A program made the position numbers and the translations under genes. From positions 32,001-96,000 of IMG/VR virus record IMGVR_UViG_3300024999_000041: a DNA stretch of 64,000 nt; one strand, 5' to 3'. The DNA comes from a virus. Shown piece by piece: positions 55,229 to 64,000 of this stretch (the stretch's first letter is position 1; each line of letters begins with the position of its first letter). The notes under the pieces are model-generated. The model was not told the DNA's origin, did not search any database, and worked only from the letters and a program-made list of their open reading frames with translations.

Positions 55229-56807
55229 CGTTGGGTTCCTTCATTAAATCATCTAATGTTATAATATCTTCTATATTTGGAAGAACCTCCTCTCCTATAA
55301 CAGTTACTCCTTCGGTATTGGCAATTTCTGAAGTAGGTACGTTATCATCCATCCCTATGTCTTCGATATCCCCCACAACAAAATCATCCGCAAGAGAATT
55401 GATATCTTGAGTTCCAGTAGATACACTATTGTTAAAGGATGGGGATAACACAGAACAGTTAGTAAAGTTACTCCCCTGAGTCCCAAACACAAAAAACTCT
55501 GGCATAATAGGAGAAGGAATAGGTTTATCTGGGGATTCAAAATCTCTGTTCTTTACTATGTGTATGTTTACTACCTTAGCATTCCTCATGGCGGTGGTAC
55601 AGTGAAAAATCATAGCAGTCATAGCAGTTCTCCCAAGAGCATTGGCTTCAGCGAAGTATGTAGAAGATGCTAGTTTAGTATTAGAAGAGGGTGTCCCACT
55701 CTTCTCTGCCTTCTCCACAATAGCTTCCAATTTATCTATAGCTTCTGTTTTCAACTGAGCTAATAGTACTATTATTAAATTATGCTTAACCGCTATCTCT
55801 TGTAAGGTATCAACATAATAATTTAAAGCTTGGTACTGGTCTAACTTTAATTTAGGAGGTATTTTGTTCTTAAACAGGTTTAAGTAGTCCACATAAACTA
55901 AGTCTAAACCCCCCATCTCGTCCCTCATCCTGAGTATAAAAGCTTCTATGTATTCCATAGAATACTCTTCTAAATCATTAACTCCTGCTATTCTTAAATC
56001 TCCTTTACAGGTTTGAAGAAAGTTATCTTTTACTTCTTTAAACTTCTCCTTGCTATCTTCTAATAGTAGAGTCTTTTTCAAGTCTACGGCTGGAATGGCT
56101 CCCTGTTTTCCGTACATTTCATAAGAGTGCCTTGATACGATATTGTATAAAACATTTCTAGGAACAACCTCTAAGGTTATGAATAATACTTTTTTACCCT
56201 CTCTATAAGAGGCGGTGTATGCTGTTGATATAGCAAATGTAGTTTTAAATGATTGAGGAGGAGCCCCAATTACATTCAGTGTCCCGTAATCCAAACCTTT
56301 TAAATAGTGGTCTACTTCAGGGATACCAATCATTACTCCCCTAGGCATAAGTTCTTGACGTTCGTATACATCAAATATATCTTCCATACCTAGAAGTTTA
56401 GGTTTAGTTACATCCACATCCTGTCTGAGTATATCTCTTACTTTGGATATATCATTCTTATCAATAGCATTTTTTACTTCACTAATTTGTTTATGTCTTA
56501 TTAATTCCTTCTTAAGTTTTATGAGAATATCTAAACTAAAAGGACAATCCTTTTTATGAACTAAAATATTATGCAAAGATATAATATAATTTATATCAGG
56601 GAATCTTTTATTATCTGTATAAAACTTTTTACAATCTTGAAGTACTTTAGAATATAATTTAATACCATCTGGACTAAACTCAAGTAATTCTATTAACTCA
56701 TCCATGGATGAGATATCAGTTATCTTATCTAAATGATTTAATACTATAATAATATAATCGCTTAGTTCTTCCGAATCCATTGGATTTACTAATTCGTTAT
56801 TAGCCAA
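55215..56807 (-). CDS. dnaB: DnaB-like replicative helicase
   Basis: GAPPQSFKT, ITLE, VDYL, LAQL, KNR. Confidence 0.8.
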   Translation of the reverse strand: MANNELVNPMDSEELSDYIIIVLNHLDKITDISSMDELIELLEFSPDGIKLYSKVLQDCKKFYTDNKRFPDINYIISLHNILVHKKDCPFSLDILIKLKKELIRHKQISEVKNAIDKNDISKVRDILRQDVDVTKPKLLGMEDIFDVYERQELMPRGVMIGIPEVDHYLKGLDYGTLNVIGAPPQSFKTTFAISTAYTASYREGKKVLFITLEVVPRNVLYNIVSRHSYEMYGKQGAIPAVDLKKTLLLEDSKEKFKEVKDNFLQTCKGDLRIAGVNDLEEYSMEYIEAFILRMRDEMGGLDLVYVDYLNLFKNKIPPKLKLDQYQALNYYVDTLQEIAVKHNLIIVLLAQLKTEAIDKLEAIVEKAEKSGTPSSNTKLASSTYFAEANALGRTAMTAMIFHCTTAMRNAKVVNIHIVKNRDFESPDKPIPSPIMPEFFVFGTQGSNFTNCSVLSPSFNNSVSTGTQDINSLADDFVVGDIEDIGMDDNVPTSEIANTEGVTVIGEEVLPNIEDIITLDDLMKEPNDESK

Positions 56808-56819
56808 AACTACTCCCCT

Positions 56820-57422
56820 TTAAAAATTTTCAGATGTCCCTATAGATTTAGTTTTAGTACTACTTAATACTTTAACAGTTTTATCTTGTAATAAATTAAC
56901 ATCTTTATATATTAAACTTCTATCTGAAGTCATATCAGAAATTTTAAGATGCTCTTTTAAATTTGGATTGGTAGTTAATATTAAATTAATATGTCTCTCA
57001 TTATCCCTAGCAGATATCACAGGAGATAAACATTGTACTATCTTATCAAAACTATATATATCCCTTGGAAAATATAACATTAAAATATCATTTTCTTTGG
57101 CATTATCATACTCATAATTTTTGGACATCATGTCATCCATTAGTTTTTTATAATGTCTAAAAGAAAATCCTTTAAAATTAGGATACCCTGTATTACCTAT
57201 ATAATAAATATTTTTATGTACGACAAAAGAAGCAACTTGCATTAGAGTATCCGTGCTATTGGACTTTATAAAATAGTTATTTCCTCTATGTATCAAACTA
57301 TCAAGAGTTTCAAACTTCTTGGGATTAGAAGTAACTTTTAAGAAATGCTTCATTAAAAACCCCATGCCCGATATATAAGCATTTCTATACTGTTCTTCCG
57401 TAATATTATTATCAAACGGCAT
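56820..57422 (-). CDS. Hypothetical protein, possibly degenerate DnaC/IstB-like helicase loader
   Basis: DILML...ISAR...LILTTN pattern without Walker A; adjacent to helicase. Confidence 0.35.
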   Translation of the reverse strand: MPFDNNITEEQYRNAYISGMGFLMKHFLKVTSNPKKFETLDSLIHRGNNYFIKSNSTDTLMQVASFVVHKNIYYIGNTGYPNFKGFSFRHYKKLMDDMMSKNYEYDNAKENDILMLYFPRDIYSFDKIVQCLSPVISARDNERHINLILTTNPNLKEHLKISDMTSDRSLIYKDVNLLQDKTVKVLSSTKTKSIGTSENF

Positions 57423-57450
57423 AGATAATATTCTCCTCCTCTTGAAATAT

Positions 57451-57479
57451 ATTATACCACAAATATATCTTTTTGTAAA
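57451..57479 (-). promoter_or_regulatory. sigma70 promoter
   Basis: TTTACA-17-TATAAT with TG. Confidence 0.6.
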
Positions 57480-57483
57480 GTGG

Positions 57484-58899
57484 TTACTTCTTTCTCTTGT
57501 AAATCCACAACATTTGTTCTTTAAGTTTTTTTATTAATCGAGCATTAAAAGAAGTCAATTCTGCTTTAGGAACTTCTTTGGCATTAAATACTTTTTCTGT
57601 TATTTCCCCATAAGAAGATATGAGTTCGTGTTTATATCTATCAACAGTTCCAGTTATCTTTCCTTCTACTTCTATATCTGTAAGTATAAAATGAATTTTA
57701 AAATTAGTATGTTGGCTAAATAATCTTTCTATTCTTCCCTTAGCCTGACTAAAAGCCCCAAACCCAAACGGAATATTATAAAAGAACATATTGTTTACAG
57801 ATTGAAGATTCAAACTTTGAGAACCCGCACTTGATATTAATAAAACTTTTTTAGCAGGGTCTGAGTTAAACCACTGTTTAATTTCTCTTCTTTCTTTAGT
57901 ATTAACTTTACCACTAATAACTCTATAGTCTATTCCTATCTTATCAAAAATAGAAGATAGAGTATCTATTGTTTCTCTGAAATGACAATAAGTTATAAGA
58001 CCCTCTCTAAGAATAGGTTTAATAGCCATGAGATACAGTTTAAGTTTATTCTCGTCCTTGTCCACCACTTGTTGTAAATCTATCAACCTAGTAGCATGTA
58101 TCTTAGTATCCTTCGTTTTAAATAATCCCTCAGAAGCTTCTATGTAAGAATCTATATCCTTTATCTTAATAGAATGTTCAATATACTGAGTATCTTGTTC
58201 GGGATAATATTGAAAACATACGGGAGCTATAAGCTCTCTCAAAAGTTCTAAATTTTTATATCCCGTTATTTCTGGGTACTGATGACCCGTTTGCCAATTC
58301 TTAATCATTTTAATTTCTACGAATGTATTAGTAAAAGCCGTTTTGTTTTTAAAAATACTTTTATCCAATATATGTACGATATGAAATAAGTCCATTAACG
58401 AGGTTGTTAAAGGAGTAGCAGTTAAGAAGACAAGGTATTTAAATCCCCTCCTTATTGCTATCATACTCCTAGTCAACATAGCTTTAGGAGTTTTAAGCTT
58501 ATGGGCTTCGTCCGCATAACAAGCCGTTCTAAATTTAGTTAGAAACTTAAAGAGTTTACTTAAATCTATTTTGTTAAAATTTTCATATTGAAGTAAAGCT
58601 ATCTTAGAACTACCCTTAAAAAAATCTTCTATGTCTATGTCTGTTATTAAAATATCGGGTCTATAGTTAGTCTTTCCGTTAAAATCGTCTTGAACTTCCA
58701 ACAATGCAGATTTAGTACATAGCACTAAAATCTTATCGCATAAATTATTATTTATTAAATCCATGGAAGACTTAATAATAATTACACTCTTGCCCGTTCC
58801 CGTCTTCATACTCATCAAAGAAGCAGGTCGAGATGTGGAAAAATCCACAGCCTGTACTTGATAGTCTTTTAAAACTATATCATCATTTAACTTTAACAA
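57484..58899 (-). CDS. SNF2-like SF2 helicase
   Basis: DYQ, TGTGKS, DEAH, TATP, SLNLQ, QAKGRIER. Confidence 0.85.
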   Translation of the reverse strand: MLKLNDDIVLKDYQVQAVDFSTSRPASLMSMKTGTGKSVIIIKSSMDLINNNLCDKILVLCTKSALLEVQDDFNGKTNYRPDILITDIDIEDFFKGSSKIALLQYENFNKIDLSKLFKFLTKFRTACYADEAHKLKTPKAMLTRSMIAIRRGFKYLVFLTATPLTTSLMDLFHIVHILDKSIFKNKTAFTNTFVEIKMIKNWQTGHQYPEITGYKNLELLRELIAPVCFQYYPEQDTQYIEHSIKIKDIDSYIEASEGLFKTKDTKIHATRLIDLQQVVDKDENKLKLYLMAIKPILREGLITYCHFRETIDTLSSIFDKIGIDYRVISGKVNTKERREIKQWFNSDPAKKVLLISSAGSQSLNLQSVNNMFFYNIPFGFGAFSQAKGRIERLFSQHTNFKIHFILTDIEVEGKITGTVDRYKHELISSYGEITEKVFNAKEVPKAELTSFNARLIKKLKEQMLWIYKRKK

Positions 58900-58916
58900 T
58901 TTCTATCCCTTATATA

Positions 58917-59351
58917 TTAGTATCCATTCCCGCATTGAAACACATACAATCCAGAACTTCTAAAGCTTTGAACACATGAGCTACGGTCATCTATACAAAA
59001 TAATATTTCCCCGTACTTTTCAGGTATGTCCTTAATAAGTTTTACTTTTATATCACAATCTTCTTCAGTTGTATTATCGGGTTTAAGAATCAAGTCATCA
59101 TGATATATGCTATATTTATTTAACCATTCTTCTGTTTCTTCCCTACTCTTCTCACTTCTAGCAGAAAGAATAATTATGTTGTAGTCGCTTTTAAATCTCT
59201 CTATTATTTCAACTACTGGTTTACTAGGAACATCTGAGAAAGAAGCAGCTATATAAGCATCCCAATCTATGTCCCTTAGATAGTCCCTTTTTGAGTAATC
59301 GGCAATAGTTCCGTCAAAATCGAATACAATACATTTATTCTTCTTACTCAT
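58917..59351 (-). CDS. HAD-family polynucleotide phosphatase (PNKP phosphatase-like)
   Basis: FDFDGT, SAR, K, DDR. Confidence 0.8.
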   Translation of the reverse strand: MSKKNKCIVFDFDGTIADYSKRDYLRDIDWDAYIAASFSDVPSKPVVEIIERFKSDYNIIILSARSEKSREETEEWLNKYSIYHDDLILKPDNTTEEDCDIKVKLIKDIPEKYGEILFCIDDRSSCVQSFRSSGLYVFQCGNGY

Positions 59352-59901
59352 AGATTACTCCCCAATCCCCACATATTATACTCTCTACCTGTTTATGCAA
59401 ATCTTCTATAGAACCATCGTTCATTAGTATATAATCAAAGGAATAATCATCCAACTTACCTTCAGATATACTTTCTACTAAAGGTACTCTAGGATTAATA
59501 ACTCTTATGAGTTTAAATCCTTTTTCTCTTAAATGTTCTGCCTCGTTGAAAAGTCTTACATCCTCGCACACATATCTTAAGTTAGGGTCTAAATTCCCGA
59601 GGGCTATCTTAATCCACATATCGTCATTAATCATTCCTCTTCCCCACTTGCTACCCAAAGTAACAAGTAAGAATCTGGGGGTAACTCCTAGCTCTGGTAT
59701 GATAACCTCTTTTAAATTACCATAAAGCATATCATAAATTTTAATTTTATCGTAACCTAGTCCTTTTAATATTATTTCAATCATATCTTTCATGGGCTCT
59801 GCAAACGTAAGCATATTATATTTATATTCTTTTACAAAATATTTAGCCGTTTCTGATTTTCCCATCCTCATCGCAGAAGAATATATACCCACATTAAACA
59901 T
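59344..59901 (-). CDS. Deoxynucleoside monophosphate kinase
   Basis: MGKS P-loop, FAEPMK, TPRFLL..LG..WGR, DVRLFNEA, SE; start moved to MFNVG. Confidence 0.8.
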   Translation of the reverse strand: MFNVGIYSSAMRMGKSETAKYFVKEYKYNMLTFAEPMKDMIEIILKGLGYDKIKIYDMLYGNLKEVIIPELGVTPRFLLVTLGSKWGRGMINDDMWIKIALGNLDPNLRYVCEDVRLFNEAEHLREKGFKLIRVINPRVPLVESISEGKLDDYSFDYILMNDGSIEDLHKQVESIICGDWGVIYE

Positions 59902-60808
59902 TAACACTAGCTCCCTTAAGTATGTCATAAAGAAAAACTTCAAATTGTCTTAGTTCATAATACGAGATTAAATCTCTGTTCGGGGTTCCCCTAAATAATT
60001 TATATTCTATTCTATTCTCTTTATCATTATATTTACGTAAGTCCATCAATTCCAAGTAGTTATCAACAACATCTATAACATCCAAATATTTTTTAGCTGT
60101 TGCTTCCCACTTTGTTCCCTCAAAAGAATTAACTGCTTCTAAGAACTTCTCGGGTGTAGTAGGATTCCATCTCTCAGCAAATAACTTCTTAAACTCTGTC
60201 TTAACAAAAGGAACGGGAGCTTTTAAATTATCTGACTTATCCCCATCCAAAATTCTAAAGGATAATAGGTTCTCAGTAGAAACTCCGAATTTACTAAAAA
60301 CTAAGTTATTATCTACAAATTTAAATCCTTTATCGTAATCGTTAGAAACTTTAAATATCTGAGATAATTGCCAAAAATCTTTATCTCCTGAATAAATTAT
60401 TATTTCTTCATTGCCTTTTTCTTTTAATTCAAAAGCTATGTTAGCTATAAGGTCATCAGCCTCACATTCCTCGTTCTTTGCAAAAGCTATATGGTTTAAG
60501 TTGGATAATATATTTACGATATGTGAAGTATCCATATATACTTTAGTTTTATCTTTGTCCCTATTAGCTTTATATTCTTCATTTATTTCTTTTTTAGAAC
60601 ATTTCCCATCCATCACAAAGATAACTTTATGCTCTGGATATTTTTTATATAGCCTCTCCACTAAAAAAGAAAAACCTTTTATACTTCCTACAAATATATT
60701 CTCTTCGTCTTTTTTAATGTAATGGTCCTTGAATCCAAAATGAAAACGATTTAAACACCACGAAAAATCTACTATAATAAATTTTCCCAAAATTCCTCCT
60801 CTTAACAT
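59894..60808 (-). CDS. 5'-3' exonuclease (T4 RNase H/FEN-like)
   Basis: YKANR, EADD, SGDKDF, GDKSDN. Confidence 0.88.
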   Translation of the reverse strand: MLRGGILGKFIIVDFSWCLNRFHFGFKDHYIKKDEENIFVGSIKGFSFLVERLYKKYPEHKVIFVMDGKCSKKEINEEYKANRDKDKTKVYMDTSHIVNILSNLNHIAFAKNEECEADDLIANIAFELKEKGNEEIIIYSGDKDFWQLSQIFKVSNDYDKGFKFVDNNLVFSKFGVSTENLLSFRILDGDKSDNLKAPVPFVKTEFKKLFAERWNPTTPEKFLEAVNSFEGTKWEATAKKYLDVIDVVDNYLELMDLRKYNDKENRIEYKLFRGTPNRDLISYYELRQFEVFLYDILKGASVNV

Positions 60809-60811
60809 AAA

Positions 60812-61144
60812 TTATATTAAAGTCATAAGCACCTTTGCGTTATTGGGATTTATCTGATTGTATCCAATTATACCTAATATCAAAAGTTCCTTTGATACAC
60901 TTCCCGATACTAAATCAGTAAATAAATGAGACAGTACCCTCAAATCAAATTCAATGTCTGATTTATCTTTATCCTTAAACATTGGATTACCGTAAATAAT
61001 ATCTATTAGTCTATCGAATCTGTACTCGTTCAATTTAAAATATAGAGTACCACTTTTCTTATGAGGATATTCTCCCATAAAAATATCTTCTTCTTTTAAA
61101 TATTCTATATCTTCTGGCTCAAAAATAAAATCAGGTATAAACAT
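60812..61144 (-). CDS. Hypothetical protein
   Basis: Downstream of promoter. Confidence 0.6.
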   Translation of the reverse strand: MFIPDFIFEPEDIEYLKEEDIFMGEYPHKKSGTLYFKLNEYRFDRLIDIIYGNPMFKDKDKSDIEFDLRVLSHLFTDLVSGSVSKELLILGIIGYNQINPNNAKVLMTLI

Positions 61145-61173
61145 ACTAATTCCTATTATTACTATTTAATACC

Positions 61174-61202
61174 ATTTTACCACATGAAATTATAAATGTC
61201 AA
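61174..61202 (-). promoter_or_regulatory. sigma70 promoter of replication block
   Basis: TTGACA-17-TAAAAT with TG. Confidence 0.65.
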
Positions 61203-61211
61203 TACCAAAGT

Positions 61212-61240
61212 AAAAAAAGAGCCGTAATTTCTTACAGCTC
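61212..61240 (-). terminator. Intrinsic terminator after endolysin
   Basis: GAGCTGTAA/TTACGGCTC hairpin plus T7. Confidence 0.7.
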
Positions 61241-61268
61241 ATAAAAGGGTTGTCGGAGGTGGATTCTA

Positions 61269-61757
61269 TTAAATTTTATTTACATTAGTGTATATGGGTT
61301 TACCTGCTTTATTAAAAACAGCTTTCATCTTTTGTCTTCTTGGAGTACCATTACATCTTCCTATATGAATCCAAGGGTTAGACGGGTTCTCGAATATAAC
61401 TTGGTCTACTATATCCATCAATGGTTTTCCGTTAGATTGTTTAATGTTCCCCAAAACTATATCATTAAATAGTTGTTGTAAAGATACTCCTATGACATGA
61501 AAATCCGTAGCATTACCGCCCATGTGCTTAGAAGGTGGTTTTACACTTCCCCCCACCTTCTTATTAACTGCGGGACTTCTATACCCAGAAGTTATTATAA
61601 GAGGCTTATTGTAGTAAGCTCTTATAATATCCAAATAATCATTACATAAAATTATAGCATTATTTTTAATAGTACCTGTTGGAAGTGAATTATCTACTCC
61701 CCTAACCTGAGTTACAGTAAACTCCCTCTCGGATATGTATTTACTTAACATATTCAT
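61269..61757 (-). CDS. Peptidase M15 endolysin
   Basis: ITSGYRS..VN..VGG...SKH..G.ATD...WIHI. Confidence 0.85.
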   Translation of the reverse strand: MNMLSKYISEREFTVTQVRGVDNSLPTGTIKNNAIILCNDYLDIIRAYYNKPLIITSGYRSPAVNKKVGGSVKPPSKHMGGNATDFHVIGVSLQQLFNDIVLGNIKQSNGKPLMDIVDQVIFENPSNPWIHIGRCNGTPRRQKMKAVFNKAGKPIYTNVNKI

Positions 61758-61772
61758 ATTACACCTCTCTTA

Positions 61773-62846
61773 TTAATGTCCAATTGCAAACCAATAGAAA
61801 CCATCAGGATTCCCAGAACCGCCTCCCGAAGGATGTTGAGCAAATAGAGTAGCTCCCGTGGTAGACAAAGATACTATTTGTAGTATCATATCTGAAGTAA
61901 TATCAGCTATACTATTGCTCAGAGTTCCAGTGATATTTAAGCATGCTGTAGGAAATGCTTGGGGGAAAGTTATTGGATAGGAACCTTCTGAAATAGTGGC
62001 AGAGTTAAATCCCCATTGCATTATTAAGCCATTAGGTAAAGTACAATATCCATCAGTTGTAAGAGAACTTGGGAATTGACTTATATTAACTACCTGATTT
62101 CCAGTAGTTCCGTCTGAAGCACTAAATAATTGAGTAGAGGAGCCAGCTATTCCAGCATAGGTTCCGTCTGCATATCCCTTAGTCATTGCATCTTGAGGAT
62201 TAGAAGGATTATTGAGATTTATTATGTTGTTGTTATTAAGATTTAAACTTCCCGCCATGGCTACTGACCCATCAGTGAGAATAACGGGTTCAGCTAACAT
62301 GTTGGTAGGAAGAAGACCTTGAACTTCTTCTCCTCCAGTTAGCATTACTTTAGTGGGATTGAATCCTAAAGCATTATGTTTGTGTATCTGAAGGTCGTCC
62401 TGAGTTACATAAACCGTAGAAGCACTCAAATTTATTGTTACTTCGGGTAAATTTACTATTTCTATTAATAACTTCTCCCTAAAATCATATACGGCTCCTT
62501 CGCTCGGTACATTTTTATACACCTCTGGGTGAGCTGCTACACAGAATAGTTCATTGTTATCTGTAAATATTCCTACTTCTCTTATATAGAATCCTCCAAC
62601 ACTAGCAGGAACTATAGTTAAAATTTCTAACCATATAGCTACATTGCTATTAATATATAATGAAGTTATATTTTGTCTATATACTTCATTAACTAAATTT
62701 TGTTGGGATTGACTAGGATTTACATTAAATCCTCCTCCGTCGCCCCAAGCAAAGTATTTTAAATTGATAGGAGTTCCGTGAGCCAAACTTTCTAAAACTA
62801 AGGTTTGTCCTACAGTAGTAAGTATTGGATTATAAATAGTAACCAT
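61773..62846 (-). CDS. Tail fibre protein (P2 gpH-like N-terminus, gp53-like C-terminus)
   Basis: GDGGG...LVNEVYR...GGFYIREVG; GYCTLPNGLIMQWG...FPQAFPTAC. Confidence 0.85.
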   Translation of the reverse strand: MVTIYNPILTTVGQTLVLESLAHGTPINLKYFAWGDGGGFNVNPSQSQQNLVNEVYRQNITSLYINSNVAIWLEILTIVPASVGGFYIREVGIFTDNNELFCVAAHPEVYKNVPSEGAVYDFREKLLIEIVNLPEVTINLSASTVYVTQDDLQIHKHNALGFNPTKVMLTGGEEVQGLLPTNMLAEPVILTDGSVAMAGSLNLNNNNIINLNNPSNPQDAMTKGYADGTYAGIAGSSTQLFSASDGTTGNQVVNISQFPSSLTTDGYCTLPNGLIMQWGFNSATISEGSYPITFPQAFPTACLNITGTLSNSIADITSDMILQIVSLSTTGATLFAQHPSGGGSGNPDGFYWFAIGH

Positions 62847-62903
62847 AATTTGTATCCTCTATATGTAAATAACTTTTATAATATATATATAAAAACCGTC
62901 CGC

Positions 62904-63611
62904 TCACCAATTCCATTTGGATGTATCCCAATCTGAAATATCCCAAATCATAAAATCTATTCCGAAATACCATTTTTTCTCATCCCAGTTAAACACGTCC
63001 CATATAAGGTATTCGGTGTCTGGATAAGCTGTATACATTAACGTACCCTGACTCGCAATTCCTATATAGTATGTAGACTTGTCTAAAGCGAATTCTAAGG
63101 TAAGTTTATTTATAATAGGATAAATATAATTCCTAGCAAAATTTACTATCTTATCTACAACTTCAAAACCTCTAACTTTAGTAGGGCTAAAAGATACTAA
63201 ATCCAAAGAAATGGTATGAGGCTCTCCTACTGGAGTTTGTTCATACCAATCAGATAATTCAAAATCTATATCTAAAAGTTTTAAAGCAAACTCAAAACCT
63301 TTTCTGCTCCCCTTATTGATATGTATAAAATTTATAAAAGATAAAAATGTCCTTACTGACTCTTCCTCTAAGTAAAGAGTATCTATTATATACCCGTAAC
63401 CAAATTCATTAATCAGAGAATACACATCCTCCAAAGGAATATCTTTTAAACTTCTATATTTACTCTTAACAGAGTAAAATCTTTGAGCTAATTTATCAGA
63501 GTATGGATAATCAACACTAAGAAGCCAATCTACAGAGTCTGCAAATTGTTGCATAGTTTCTTCTTCTCTTCTATTTTCGGGTATCCATTTTCTTATTGAA
63601 TGATTAAACAT
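62904..63611 (-). CDS. Baseplate/tail protein (P2 gpI-like)
   Basis: H..KGS..G..FAL.LL...EL.DW pattern; upstream of fibre. Confidence 0.55.
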   Translation of the reverse strand: MFNHSIRKWIPENRREEETMQQFADSVDWLLSVDYPYSDKLAQRFYSVKSKYRSLKDIPLEDVYSLINEFGYGYIIDTLYLEEESVRTFLSFINFIHINKGSRKGFEFALKLLDIDFELSDWYEQTPVGEPHTISLDLVSFSPTKVRGFEVVDKIVNFARNYIYPIINKLTLEFALDKSTYYIGIASQGTLMYTAYPDTEYLIWDVFNWDEKKWYFGIDFMIWDISDWDTSKWNW

Positions 63612-63657
63612 GTCTTTATAAAATCCACCCTCCCGAATTCCTACCTATAATATAAAT

Positions 63658-63686
63658 AAAAAACCGTTGATTGATGGTTCAACGGT
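63658..63686 (-). terminator. Intrinsic terminator
   Basis: ACCGTTGA/TCAACGGT hairpin plus T-run. Confidence 0.65.
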
Positions 63687-63722
63687 CAAAACCTTTATAC
63701 ATCTCTTACCTTTGGTAAGAGA

Positions 63723-64000
63723 CTATACTATGGCTACATTGGTTTTAATTTTTATATATTCATTCCAATTATATTGGAATAAGATATTATCACTATCATA
63801 GTACTTCCAAAGGATACCTCCATCCTTAGTAAGAGTATCTTCCATAACTAAATCTCCTCCCACATTACTAGTAGGAATAGGATTAGATACTTGTACTACG
63901 GTGTTACCACTAGATATTGTAGCTGAAATAACATTATAATATCCATCATTTCCGTTAGAACTCTGAACCCTCACTACGTCATTAGGTAGAAAATGAGATG
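63723..64000 (-). CDS. C-terminal end of structural (probably baseplate) protein, begins beyond the window
   Basis: Open frame to right edge; context. Confidence 0.5.
   Translation of the reverse strand, partial: SHFLPNDVVRVQSSNGNDGYYNVISATISSGNTVVQVSNPIPTSNVGGDLVMEDTLTKDGGILWKYYDSDNILFQYNWNEYIKIKTNVAIV

Noticed and set aside
3137-60722. Plus-strand ORFs in the track, and nested 55355..55540
   Set aside because: All overlap better genes and lack recognisable motifs; treated as shadow ORFs

Overview
AT-rich (roughly 30% GC by eye) segment of a large tailed bacteriophage genome, probably a myovirus (P2-like tail fibre and baseplate genes at the right end). Essentially all real genes are on the minus strand in standard code 11. 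From right to left: tail and baseplate genes, an M15 endolysin, and a DNA replication/recombination block (5'-3' exonuclease, dNMP kinase, HAD phosphatase, SNF2 helicase, DnaB helicase, primase Zn-finger, family A polymerase, ligase, SSB-like, RuvC-like, RecA, split Rad50, Mre11). Next come an HslV-type protease, a CobO/BtuR-like enzyme, homing endonucleases, C1q/XkdW-like virion genes and a patatin. The left ~30 kb is an early/accessory region. Its most striking signal is about 50 small, highly divergent, mostly translationally coupled ORFs (3.8-31 kb) ending in the same C-terminal helix motif, roughly EE[ILFV][DE]xx[LV]x[ML][KREQ]EL[VIT]x-stop. Codon usage and gene context indicate the motif is selected as protein rather than as a ribosome-binding site. 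It may be a shared docking, targeting or degradation tag on a large library of phage effectors. These operons are driven by a repeated sigma70-type promoter module with a TGTAAC-N6-GTTACA box. Four GC-enriched intergenic elements look like structured RNAs. Family assignments are by motif recognition only; no searches were run.
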